Both the position numbers and the translations under genes were made by a program. From IMG/VR virus record IMGVR_UViG_3300042923_000815, positions 1 through 63,189 of that record: a stretch of 63,189 bases of DNA; one strand, given 5' to 3'. The notes beneath the pieces are model-generated. The model was not told the origin of the DNA. It saw only the letters and a list, made by a program, of their open reading frames with translations, and ran no database searches. Positions within the stretch are counted from its first letter, which is position 1. Every line of letters begins with the position of its first letter. The stretch comes from a virus. Its lineage: Duplodnaviria; Caudoviricetes. Of this stretch, positions 1-8,888 are shown one piece after another.

Positions 1-351
1 AACAATCGGAACGATACTATTGGCAATACATTTTGCAACTAATTGCTGAAAATTACTTTTTGATTGAGCGAGTATCACTCCTTTTTCAGGATGATAGGCA
101 TCATTGATACCACCCATGATAATACAATGTGTTGGTTTGTTCCCCAATACGTCTTCATCAAATCTCGCTAGCATTTCAGTTGTCGTTTGTCCACCAAAGC
201 CTTTATTTATGACTTTAACACCCAAAACAGTTCTAATTATATTGGTCCATGAAATAGTATCTTGGGATTCTTGCGGAGCTGGGATATCTGTTGTTACACC
301 TGCAGTAATAGAATCACCTAAACAAACAATAATTGAATTTTTTACTTCCAT
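1..351 (-). CDS. SGNH/GDSL hydrolase (runs off the window edge)
   Basis: Translated by hand: ATG at 351 after GGAGG, MEVKNSIIVCLGDSITAG...NKGFGGQTT...GGINDA (SGNH blocks I-III). Open to position 1. Not in the ORF track. Confidence 0.85.
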   Translation of the reverse strand, partial: MEVKNSIIVCLGDSITAGVTTDIPAPQESQDTISWTNIIRTVLGVKVINKGFGGQTTTEMLARFDEDVLGNKPTHCIIMGGINDAYHPEKGVILAQSKSNFQQLVAKCIANSIVPIV

Positions 352-514
352 TATGAATTACCTCCGTTAAATTATTTGTCTTTACTAGTCTGCATGATCG
401 ACTTTCACTAACATACATTCCGTAGTAACGGTAAATTATACTACTGAATGTGAATTTATTTCTTACTCTTTATCCGTACATATAATCTGAGCTATGGATA
501 GGTACAAACAAAAC

Positions 515-545
515 AGCCGTCCACCTAGTTAAAAGGTAGACGGCT
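515..545 (-). terminator. Intrinsic terminator after the lysis cassette
   Basis: Stem AGCCGTCCACCT/AGGTAGACGGCT followed by a T-rich tail on the minus strand. Confidence 0.7.
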
Positions 546-556
546 CTCTAGTATAC

Positions 557-1207
557 TTAAAACTTAAATCCTGCACCAACATAAGCAGCCGACTGACTGC
601 CAGCCAATTGATAAGCACCAACTTTGCTAATACTGCCAGTATAACCAGCACCTGGTTCAATCTTACCTTTAGTGAACATCGCACCCGCCGTGATCACGTT
701 GTGCCTTGTTAAATCAATCGTAGGAATTTCAGCTTTAATTGTGATTGTGCTGGTCTGTTTTAAATCGATCATATTTTTATCAAATACAAATTGTTCATCA
801 TCGGCTTTATCGAATTTACCGACTTTGCCATTTACCATGTAAATGAAGCTTTGTTTTCCAATATCAAATTTGCCATCTAACTTTGCAGGAGTAGCACCAG
901 GTGTATTTTTATCAACTGGCGTTACTAGTACCTCTTTTACCTCTCCTGGCAGATACACGGTTTCCCCTGGAACATACTGAAGCTTCGTATCTGTAATGGT
1001 TTTAACTGTCTCCTTAACCGTAGGAGGCTTATTTTTTTCTACCGCCAAGGCTTGTCTATCACCTTCTCCCAAGACATGCCCTATGGCTAATCCTGTAACG
1101 ATGCCTATAATTAAAGAGATTACGGCAACGATTATGAGAGTTCTAAGTGTATATTTTCCTGTGCCAAGTTTGGAGTTAATAAAGCTTAAAAGTTCTTCCT
1201 CACTCAT
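557..1207 (-). CDS. Lysis-cassette membrane protein, candidate spanin (N-terminal TM helix, C-terminal beta-strands ending in Phe)
   Basis: ATG overlaps the endolysin stop. Hydrophobic segment LIIVAVISLIIGIVTGLAIG. C-terminus AAYVGAGFKF. Confidence 0.55.
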   Translation of the reverse strand: MSEEELLSFINSKLGTGKYTLRTLIIVAVISLIIGIVTGLAIGHVLGEGDRQALAVEKNKPPTVKETVKTITDTKLQYVPGETVYLPGEVKEVLVTPVDKNTPGATPAKLDGKFDIGKQSFIYMVNGKVGKFDKADDEQFVFDKNMIDLKQTSTITIKAEIPTIDLTRHNVITAGAMFTKGKIEPGAGYTGSISKVGAYQLAGSQSAAYVGAGFKF

Positions 1208-1767
1208 TACGCACTCACCTGCCAATCCGTTACACCCCTAGCAATTGCTGCCGCAAACATACGCTTACCTTCATCACTTGCTAGAATAGTCTCTTCCTTT
1301 GGATTGGATATGAATGCAAGCTCAACCAATACTGCAGGTGCATCGGTATGAATTAATACATATAAACCTGCTTCCTTGTCCACATCACCATCAGACCAAT
1401 CACCACGAACTGGCAAGGTCGGAAAATCACCAGCCATTTGCGACATAATGTAGGTAGCCAAACTATCAGCTCTAGTTTGTCCTCTGCTGGTCCATATCTC
1501 CATACCAGTGGCTGTAGGTGCAGAAAAGGAATTACAATGGATACTAACTACAGCATCGGCTCCCCAGGCATTGGCTCGATCGCAAATATCTTGCAAACTA
1601 TCCGACTGATATACTATAACCTCGCAGCCAGCGGCTCTTAAATAATCTGCAACCATTGCGCCCACATCGGCAGCAACGTCCGATTCACGCAATCCAGATG
1701 GGCCAACTGCTCCTGGATCAGGATATCCCCCTGGTGCATGTCCAGGATTAATGAATATTTTAGCCAT
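1207..1767 (-). CDS. Endolysin, N-acetylmuramoyl-L-alanine amidase (Amidase_3)
   Basis: Motifs INPGH, E, SIHCNS, PAVLVELAFISN. No cell-wall-binding domain. Confidence 0.92.
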   Translation of the reverse strand: MAKIFINPGHAPGGYPDPGAVGPSGLRESDVAADVGAMVADYLRAAGCEVIVYQSDSLQDICDRANAWGADAVVSIHCNSFSAPTATGMEIWTSRGQTRADSLATYIMSQMAGDFPTLPVRGDWSDGDVDKEAGLYVLIHTDAPAVLVELAFISNPKEETILASDEGKRMFAAAIARGVTDWQVSA

Positions 1768-2116
1768 TTATTTTATCCTCCCCGTGTAAATTTGGTGTAT
1801 TTGTAGTTGCTTGCATCTTTCTTATTACTGCCACTTCTGCGTCAATTACCCAACCAATCAGCGCACCAGGAATAATAAATTTTCTCCATCCTAAAACATC
1901 GTTTATCTGCTGGATTGCAGAACGGCGTTTTTCAATATTCTCCATGTTATCGGCGAAACGATCAATTTCGAAAATGATACTTCGAATGGAATCTTTTAGC
2001 CGTCCATTTTTTAGTTTTGCAAACAATACAAATAAAGTCATGGATAAAAGATTCGCCGCTAGGATTACCCCAGCGGCATATAACGCGATTTGGTATTCAT
2101 TTGTTGATATTATCAC
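1760..2116 (-). CDS. Holin-like membrane protein
   Basis: N-terminal TM segment. Directly upstream of, and overlapping, the endolysin. Confidence 0.55.
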   Translation of the reverse strand: MIISTNEYQIALYAAGVILAANLLSMTLFVLFAKLKNGRLKDSIRSIIFEIDRFADNMENIEKRRSAIQQINDVLGWRKFIIPGALIGWVIDAEVAVIRKMQATTNTPNLHGEDKING

Positions 2117-2379
2117 CCATGCCCACCCCCTTTCCCTATAAGAGACGTGATAAAATTAGCCACCCAACCAGCAGCACCGCCTAATATACCCGCCCCCCAG
2201 AAAATACCGTCAATACGGTGATGCGCTGACCTTGCCCTCGAATTTACGTCAGCAATTGTAACACTATGCTGTGTAATGCATTTTGCATGATCGGCTACGG
2301 TGATTGTCGTTGCATCTTGTTTCGTTTCGATCCGTGCTAGTCGGTCAATTACTTCGCGCTGAAAATCAATCTGTACCAA
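2113..2379 (-). CDS. XhlA-like holin-associated protein
   Basis: RLARIETKQD coiled segment, ARSAHHRID motif, C-terminal TM segment. Confidence 0.7.
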   Translation of the reverse strand: MVQIDFQREVIDRLARIETKQDATTITVADHAKCITQHSVTIADVNSRARSAHHRIDGIFWGAGILGGAAGWVANFITSLIGKGGGHG

Positions 2380-2423
2380 GCCCCCACCCCCAAATTAATT
2401 ATAAAAATAGAGCCTCATGGCTC

Positions 2424-2507
2424 CTACTTGCTCCGGCTACATTCTTGATTTGTGCATTTGCCCTCTTCGGTTTCTTTATGCCCACAAACGAAACATCGTT
2501 TAACCAT
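2424..2507 (-). CDS. 27-aa Cys-rich peptide
   Basis: MVKRCFVCGHKETEEGKCTNQECSRSK. Overlaps the upstream gene end after GAGG and is followed by a hairpin plus T tract (about 2403-2423). Confidence 0.5.
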   Translation of the reverse strand: MVKRCFVCGHKETEEGKCTNQECSRSK

Positions 2508-2874
2508 CTATCTCACCTCGTTTTGTATCATACTCAGCTTTTAAATCCGCGTAATCGGCTTTTATACTGGCAATCAAGTCGGTGCTATCAGATAGCGTTG
2601 CAACACCTAAAGCGTTTACTAGTTCGGCAAATTGCGGCTGATATTGCCAGTCCAAATCTTGTAACTTTTGGGTTTTGATCTCGGCTGCAGTTGGTTGTGG
2701 TGGTTCTGGTGGTGGAATCACTGGTATGTCTTTGAGCACACCATTGACACGCTTTTGTTTGCTCCAGTCTACAACGTCTACGCCAAAGGTAACAAAGCCA
2801 CCAGAGGTGTCACCGTTAGTCCTGGTTTCATATGGGCGTTCATCGGTTGCGTTCGCAAATTTATATGAGTACAT
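2500..2874 (-). CDS. Tail fibre assembly/accessory protein
   Basis: Follows the fibre genes. Pro-rich linker plus helical C-terminus. ATG coupled to the upstream stop. Confidence 0.55.
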   Translation of the reverse strand: MYSYKFANATDERPYETRTNGDTSGGFVTFGVDVVDWSKQKRVNGVLKDIPVIPPPEPPQPTAAEIKTQKLQDLDWQYQPQFAELVNALGVATLSDSTDLIASIKADYADLKAEYDTKRGEIDG

Positions 2875-3827
2875 TACATTCCTCCCATCATGCATTGTGG
2901 CGGTTTATGCTGTTGATTATCATGTGGCGTAGGGATTAGTACTATCCTAGATATCCTACCTCCACTTACGCCAAACAGACTATTGGCAGTAGTAGTCCCT
3001 GCGTTTATTTTATAAATATAATCGGTTGTACTCGAAATCGCAGAAACAAAAATATTTCCCAAATAATCTGACCCAATTGCAGAGATATAAGTACTAGTCG
3101 TAATTTCTGCCACAACAAACGTAGTCCCCGCATTTATCTTATACACTTTAGAATTTGTATTTTCATTAGCGATGTATATGTTACCGAATGGATCAGAGCA
3201 TATGTACAAACAATTCGCACCAAGTCCTGTAATGGGGATAAGGGGCGTACTCCCAGCGGCTATTTTATAGGCCCCTGACGATCCATATATTAAGTATATA
3301 TTGTCGAATGGATCCGCATGTATTGCACCAGGAGAGTTTCCACCCGCTATAGTCACAAAAATTACCGCCGAATTAGTTCCTGCAGCTATTTTATAAATAT
3401 AACTATTAGTACCGTTGGATTCCACGGTGTAATAAATATTCCCAGATGAATCCGAGCACATCCCTTTAATAACCCCAGTAACTGTAATAAAAGCAGTTGC
3501 AATTATTGTTCCTGCACTTATTTTATAGATTTTACTATCGCCGCGGCTATAAATGTAAATATTATCAAAAGGATCTGAACACATAAGTAGCAATAGGCTG
3601 CCAAATGGAATCGTGTTAGATATAACAATAGATCCTGTATCTACTTTATATACAAAACCGCTTGAAGCTCGATAATCCAAAGCAAATACATTGCCTTGAT
3701 AGTCGGTACACATGTCATAAGGATTCCCAATTCCTGTAATTGTCGCAGCAATCACTGTTCCACCAGCATTAACCTTATAAATACAATTTTTATTCTGATC
3801 TGCTAAATAAATATCTCCAACAGCCAT
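2874..3827 (-). CDS. NHL-like beta-propeller repeat protein (putative receptor-binding component)
   Basis: About seven repeats of roughly 42 aa, each (C)SDxxGNIY...YKIxAGT. Confidence 0.75.
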   Translation of the reverse strand: MAVGDIYLADQNKNCIYKVNAGGTVIAATITGIGNPYDMCTDYQGNVFALDYRASSGFVYKVDTGSIVISNTIPFGSLLLLMCSDPFDNIYIYSRGDSKIYKISAGTIIATAFITVTGVIKGMCSDSSGNIYYTVESNGTNSYIYKIAAGTNSAVIFVTIAGGNSPGAIHADPFDNIYLIYGSSGAYKIAAGSTPLIPITGLGANCLYICSDPFGNIYIANENTNSKVYKINAGTTFVVAEITTSTYISAIGSDYLGNIFVSAISSTTDYIYKINAGTTTANSLFGVSGGRISRIVLIPTPHDNQQHKPPQCMMGGM

Positions 3828-4954
3828 TACCTATTCCCCCACTTTTGATTACAAACTATTGCACTGGTAGACAATCCTGCACCAGCAACCGAATAGGTAA
3901 ACAAATCATCGGTCACTCCTGTAACAGGCGTAGAAAAGGTCAGTGTAGTTTTACCAACTGCACTGCCTAATGTGACAGTCGGTGTTAGAGCTACCCCATT
4001 TTTCTTTACTGTTATTACCACATTTGATCCGGCAGTTTGTACATAAAAATCCATGGTTGTCATGGTGCCATTGCGGCTCAGTGGTAATGGAAGCGATACG
4101 TAGCCATCAGAAGGGTTGAACATAATAAATTTTTCAGTCCACTTTAAAGCCCATAACGACCTCTGGCTGATATTCCATGGCTGATCTAATACAATCCTCC
4201 ACAATCCACCGCCACCAGACACCAATTCAATTACATCACCAGATATAAGACTTAGGCTAGATAATCCACCAGGAATTAAAATGTTCGAACTACCCATAAT
4301 TGTGAAGGATGAAGAAGCCCTCATAAATCTCCTTGACCCAGGCTGGGCTGAATCAAATGCCGTAATTGTAGTAGTTCCAGTTACGATGATATAATTTCCT
4401 GATGCAGAGCCTATATTCATAGTTGCGGCACTTGCCATTGTTACCAGATTTTCATTGAAAGCCCCAAATAAATTAGCCCCCGATATCAAGGTTGTTGAAC
4501 TATCAGCCAGTCTAGTCCTATCTACTTTGTTGGCATTGGTTGTAACGCCTGTGTCGTAGTCGTTTTTCAGCATATCACCAGCAATATAAAACTCTAATCC
4601 ATCATTCGTTGTTTTAACCCTTATCGCTTTACCTGCCTGTCCAGTATATACATGTGGAGCATCCGATAAATCTATAAATCTTTTTGGATAATCTTCCGTC
4701 AACGCGATATGATTTAATACCGTAACAAGTCCTGCATAGTCGGAATCGTCTAGGGTAAATCCCTTATTTGCTAATACTTCAGCTAGTGCCGACACCATTA
4801 CAGAGGATTGGTGAAATATTTTATTGTGGAAAGCAGGATCAGCAATCCCATTTCCCACCCCACTTTGCCTTTGCGGGCTAAGAGCAAAATCGGAATCACT
4901 CATTGCATTAGTTAAATTAATATCAACAGGTAAAAAGTTACTTGACCCCGCCAA
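3827..4954 (-). CDS. Tail fibre protein 2
   Basis: N-terminal domain (SNFLP...HNKIFHQSS...ANKGF) is paralogous to 5636-6583. TTG start with GGAGG. Confidence 0.75.
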   Translation of the reverse strand: MAGSSNFLPVDINLTNAMSDSDFALSPQRQSGVGNGIADPAFHNKIFHQSSVMVSALAEVLANKGFTLDDSDYAGLVTVLNHIALTEDYPKRFIDLSDAPHVYTGQAGKAIRVKTTNDGLEFYIAGDMLKNDYDTGVTTNANKVDRTRLADSSTTLISGANLFGAFNENLVTMASAATMNIGSASGNYIIVTGTTTITAFDSAQPGSRRFMRASSSFTIMGSSNILIPGGLSSLSLISGDVIELVSGGGGLWRIVLDQPWNISQRSLWALKWTEKFIMFNPSDGYVSLPLPLSRNGTMTTMDFYVQTAGSNVVITVKKNGVALTPTVTLGSAVGKTTLTFSTPVTGVTDDLFTYSVAGAGLSTSAIVCNQKWGNR

Positions 4955-4955
4955 A

Positions 4956-5636
4956 TTAAGCACCTCCTATCAACGGCTGCAAGGTATCTATCACAACTTT
5001 TGCTATCACATCATACCCTTTTATGCTTTGATGTAACTTGTCAGATGCATAGAGTGTTAAATTCTGGCTAGTTGGAGTTAATAAAAATGGATGATATACG
5101 TCAATATAAACTATGCCCTGTTCGGTGCATAGCTTCTGTTCGGCCGTTCTTATTGTCGGTAATTTGTCGATATCTTCCGGGTACACACCATAAGATTGAT
5201 TAAGCATTGAATCAAATTCAGGGGGGGAACACATGATCATGGGAATTATATTATTTTGCTTACACAAACTAACCATTGTAGCAATGTTCCGCATAGTTAT
5301 ATCAGTCGCTATATGCTGGTATGAGTCATTTACACTCTGCTCAATAATGCAATAATCAGGTGCTCTATCTAGTACATCATTTTGAAATCTAGTTAGCATC
5401 ATTGTGCTGGTATTGCCGCCAATTCCTGCATTTATCATCTGTATCCCTAATTGGTTGTTAACTGTAACAGTCCAATTTCTTGCATCGTTACATTCTTCTA
5501 AATACCATTGAATAAAAGCAGTGATTGAATCACCAATGCATACTACCTTAATATTTTTTTTGCTTGTAGGGCGGATAAACAATGTTGATAGCATTTTAAT
5601 ACCCCTTTTTATCCAGTCAATAACTTTTTTAATCAT
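4956..5636 (-). CDS. SGNH/GDSL esterase within the tail fibre cluster
   Basis: Motifs IGDSIT, NAGIGG, SVND, DKLH. Confidence 0.88.
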   Translation of the reverse strand: MIKKVIDWIKRGIKMLSTLFIRPTSKKNIKVVCIGDSITAFIQWYLEECNDARNWTVTVNNQLGIQMINAGIGGNTSTMMLTRFQNDVLDRAPDYCIIEQSVNDSYQHIATDITMRNIATMVSLCKQNNIIPMIMCSPPEFDSMLNQSYGVYPEDIDKLPTIRTAEQKLCTEQGIVYIDVYHPFLLTPTSQNLTLYASDKLHQSIKGYDVIAKVVIDTLQPLIGGA

Positions 5637-6583
5637 TATATAAACCACTCTACGATTATTAACCCATTTGCACCGTTTCCACCATTAGAGGTAATGTAAT
5701 TAGAAGTTGCATCCTTGAAATCTTCTGCACCGCCGCCGCCGCCAGAACCGTAACCCTGACCGTTTTCTCCATTTGTCCTTGTCAATGTTGTACCATTAGC
5801 AGCCCCCTCATTTACCCCTCCTCTACCGCCTACGCCAAATAAACTATCTCCGCCTACTCCGCCAGTACGTAATACATCTCCACCTTTAACTACTGTAGCT
5901 GAACTCATATTACTAATTGATGCCAGATTACCTCTTGTTCCTCCTAGCCCTCCTGCTAGTCCACTATATGCCGTATCTACAGTGACAACAGGAGCTTTGC
6001 CACTAATCAGTGTTTTATGCGATCCGAAAATAGTATTAGTACCGTCTGTCCCCCTTGCGGTAGTCACTGGATAAGCGGAATGGTCATATGTTCCAGAAAA
6101 TCCAAGACCTCCATTACCACCTACTCCAATAGTTACAGTGATAACTTCGCCGGGAGATACCGTTACAGGGAAAAGCATAACGCTTTCTCCTGCCCCGCCA
6201 GACGCACCCCAAATTCCAGCACCTCCAGCACCTGCAGCACATCCACTTAGAAAAACTTGACTAACGCCAGCAGGGACGGTAAATGTTCCGCTTGTTGTAA
6301 AAACTTGTCTCTGCAATGTTGGCGTATGCGTTCCTAATGCATCAGATATTACAGAAACTAGTGTATCAAAATCATAATCTGTCACATCAAAACCCTTATT
6401 AGCAATTACTTTAGCATAAGCCGCAACAAACATTGATGATTGATAAAATATTTTATTATGTATTGCGCTAGGTGCTATTCCGGTCCTAGCTCCATTAACT
6501 CTATAATCGCTAGATAAATACGTCGCATCATTTACCATGTTTGTTTTACTCGGGTTAAACGGCAAGAAATTTGTACTTCCCAT
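5636..6583 (-). CDS. Tail fibre protein 1 with glycine-rich domain
   Basis: Baseplate-anchor N-terminus, FTTSGTFTVPAGV, GGGGG repeats, ends GLIIVEW. Confidence 0.8.
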   Translation of the reverse strand: MGSTNFLPFNPSKTNMVNDATYLSSDYRVNGARTGIAPSAIHNKIFYQSSMFVAAYAKVIANKGFDVTDYDFDTLVSVISDALGTHTPTLQRQVFTTSGTFTVPAGVSQVFLSGCAAGAGGAGIWGASGGAGESVMLFPVTVSPGEVITVTIGVGGNGGLGFSGTYDHSAYPVTTARGTDGTNTIFGSHKTLISGKAPVVTVDTAYSGLAGGLGGTRGNLASISNMSSATVVKGGDVLRTGGVGGDSLFGVGGRGGVNEGAANGTTLTRTNGENGQGYGSGGGGGAEDFKDATSNYITSNGGNGANGLIIVEWFI

Positions 6584-6599
6584 ATTAATGATCCTCCTT

Positions 6600-7244
6600 T
6601 TATGTAATCCAATAGCCAATATCGTATCCTGCTAATGAATCTCCTTCCATGTCATAACTAAATCCAATATTTTGTTTTGTTTCTGCCCACTGACCTTCTT
6701 CGTACCCTGAAATACTTGAAGTTTCGAGATCATAACCAAAGAAAGGTTCAGTTCCAAAATAATAGTTAATTAGTACACCTTGCGGCTTTGGAACTATATA
6801 TGCATGCTCTAACAAGTCTCTTTCTAGCGGTGTAGTTGCGCTGATAATAATATCCATGCTCATATCTTGATTATCTCGTACAATGAAAACGCTATTAGGA
6901 AAAAGGATACTCCATTGCGGAGAAATGCTTTGCAACAACCCGTCCCAATGATTAATTAATATTTTTGCTTTTAATACAAGCCTATAATAATTATCTTCTA
7001 ACACGGGACTTACGCCATCGGATGGCTGAAAGGTCAGCGTTCTACTTCTGCCTAAAATCACACCTAATGCATCCAATTGAACTCCAATTGCTGCATCAAT
7101 ATCAAATACTGCATCCAACATGTCGGTGATTTGGCTATTGTTATCCAGGTATTTAAGATTGGCGGTTATCCATGCATTAAATTTAACACTATTTTTATAC
7201 TCAGATGTAATTAACCCCTGATAATAGCTAAATGGCTTAGACAT
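6600..7244 (-). CDS. Baseplate wedge protein (DUF2612-like)
   Basis: FDIDAAIGVQLDALGVILG, DNQDMSM, PKPQGV. Lies downstream of baseplate J. Confidence 0.8.
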   Translation of the reverse strand: MSKPFSYYQGLITSEYKNSVKFNAWITANLKYLDNNSQITDMLDAVFDIDAAIGVQLDALGVILGRSRTLTFQPSDGVSPVLEDNYYRLVLKAKILINHWDGLLQSISPQWSILFPNSVFIVRDNQDMSMDIIISATTPLERDLLEHAYIVPKPQGVLINYYFGTEPFFGYDLETSSISGYEEGQWAETKQNIGFSYDMEGDSLAGYDIGYWIT

Positions 7245-7256
7245 TTTTTCACCTTC

Positions 7257-8429
7257 TTACACCACATTTACGACGATATTAGCTATGTCGTTTTGAGTTA
7301 CTTGATTAAAAGCAGCGTAAATATCGGATGTTCCTTGCAATACAGAATTAGTGCCGACTAGCACGCTTCTCAATGAAAATATAGGCTGTTTTAAATTTGG
7401 AGTTGCTGACATTGCAGTTGCCCAAACAGCGGATATAGTTAAACTCTCCCCTATTTGGAGAGAGTTTAGATAGCTGTTAATAGCTGATTTAATATTGTCG
7501 GTTGTCGCAGAGGTATAGCCGGCTAATGCATGTACTGTTAGAGTACAAAATATAGGTAAATAGGTTGGTTTGTAAAAGCGTATCGTAGTCACTCCGTATT
7601 GATCCGGAATGTCTACTGCCGTAGTACCATTCGTATAGCATCCTATATTTTTGCGTGCATAAATTTGTTGCGCTATATCAGAATCTGACCCGCCCTCGGC
7701 AACGACAGTCACACTATGGGGAGGCAACCCGTTATAATCAAATTCACTAGTATCATTTTCGTATGTTTTGTAACGGCTTACCCCCGTTACAGAGGCTACT
7801 CCAGCATTAGTCCCCTGCAGGAGCGTCTGTGACGGCAATTCAGTGCTAATCGCCTGTCTTGACTTAAGTTGCGAATCCTCTTCCACTGGAAGACCTACAA
7901 CGGCAGCAACATTGTTAGTTACTGATATCCAACCATAGGTAGGAGTAGAAATGTTGCTAATATTCCCTCTCTGTGCCGTTATGGCGCCAATTACCCTACA
8001 AGTCGCTACTGCATCCACCGTGCCGCTTATACCAATAGTAACGGCTACTGGCAAATCCCATATGTTGCCGCTTATATCACTTACAGCACCATTCAGTATA
8101 GTGATTCCTGCTGTTCCTGTTATTGTGACTACGCAGGTAGAATAAGATGCTATCTTACGCTTTATACCATTTAGTTTTACTATGCCATCAAGACCGCTGC
8201 CTTTAGCTGTGCTGGGACTCCGGTTGTTATACGCTAATTGGACAGCTTGTAGATCATCGGAATATTTTAAGGCTAACGCTGAAATCAGTTGATAGTCCAA
8301 GCTATCATTACCAAGATAAATATCACTGCCATAAATTGCTTTTGCTTGTGCTATAAGATCATCACGGATATCTAGATATGCAGGAATATGCAATCCTGCG
8401 CTGTCAACGTAAGGAGAAAAATATGCCAA
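7257..8429 (-). CDS. Baseplate J/gp47-like protein
   Basis: TAKGSGLD, EEDSQLKSR, GLPPHSV motifs, plus size and gene order. Confidence 0.88.
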   Translation of the reverse strand: MAYFSPYVDSAGLHIPAYLDIRDDLIAQAKAIYGSDIYLGNDSLDYQLISALALKYSDDLQAVQLAYNNRSPSTAKGSGLDGIVKLNGIKRKIASYSTCVVTITGTAGITILNGAVSDISGNIWDLPVAVTIGISGTVDAVATCRVIGAITAQRGNISNISTPTYGWISVTNNVAAVVGLPVEEDSQLKSRQAISTELPSQTLLQGTNAGVASVTGVSRYKTYENDTSEFDYNGLPPHSVTVVAEGGSDSDIAQQIYARKNIGCYTNGTTAVDIPDQYGVTTIRFYKPTYLPIFCTLTVHALAGYTSATTDNIKSAINSYLNSLQIGESLTISAVWATAMSATPNLKQPIFSLRSVLVGTNSVLQGTSDIYAAFNQVTQNDIANIVVNVV

Positions 8430-8888
8430 TTAGAACGTCACATCCCCTATGTTTATTTGTCCATATACGGTGTCTATGTTGCAGGTAAAAGTGTAGGTTC
8501 GAGTCTTGCTATCAAAAACACTCTGAAAGGTTGATATTCCAGTTACGTTTAAAGTGTTTTGGATACGGTCCTGAACAATTTTATCAACTAGCTGTTTATT
8601 GTTTCCCGTTGCAGGGACAGCAAGAATTTGCTCAAATAGCGGCAATCCGTCCTCAATATCCTCCCACCACTCCGAATATAAAAGCTTCAACCTTGTTTTA
8701 ACGGCCTGCCCTACTGCTTCCCTTGTATTTACAAAGTTTTGTTTGTTTTGACCAAAGGAATAATCACCTTCTGCATTGACGGGACCATCTGACCACCAAC
8801 TATTCTGGCCATACCCATTCCACTCCGTACCGGTTCCATATCCAAATGCTTTCAATGTACCTGAATCAGATAATCTTCGATAGATCAT
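8430..8888 (-). CDS. Baseplate wedge / sheath initiator (gp46/W-like)
   Basis: AVGQAVKTRLKL..EWW.D..GLP and IDTVYG. Confidence 0.75.
   Translation of the reverse strand: MIYRRLSDSGTLKAFGYGTGTEWNGYGQNSWWSDGPVNAEGDYSFGQNKQNFVNTREAVGQAVKTRLKLLYSEWWEDIEDGLPLFEQILAVPATGNNKQLVDKIVQDRIQNTLNVTGISTFQSVFDSKTRTYTFTCNIDTVYGQINIGDVTF

Noticed and set aside
104-370. Plus-strand 88-aa ORF
   Set aside because: It is the antisense shadow of the minus-strand SGNH gene (1-351), which has an RBS and catalytic motifs.
2874-6583. Diversity-generating retroelement or invertible tail fibre shufflon
   Set aside because: I saw no reverse transcriptase, no adenine-specific TR/VR pair, no invertase and no inverted fibre cassettes.
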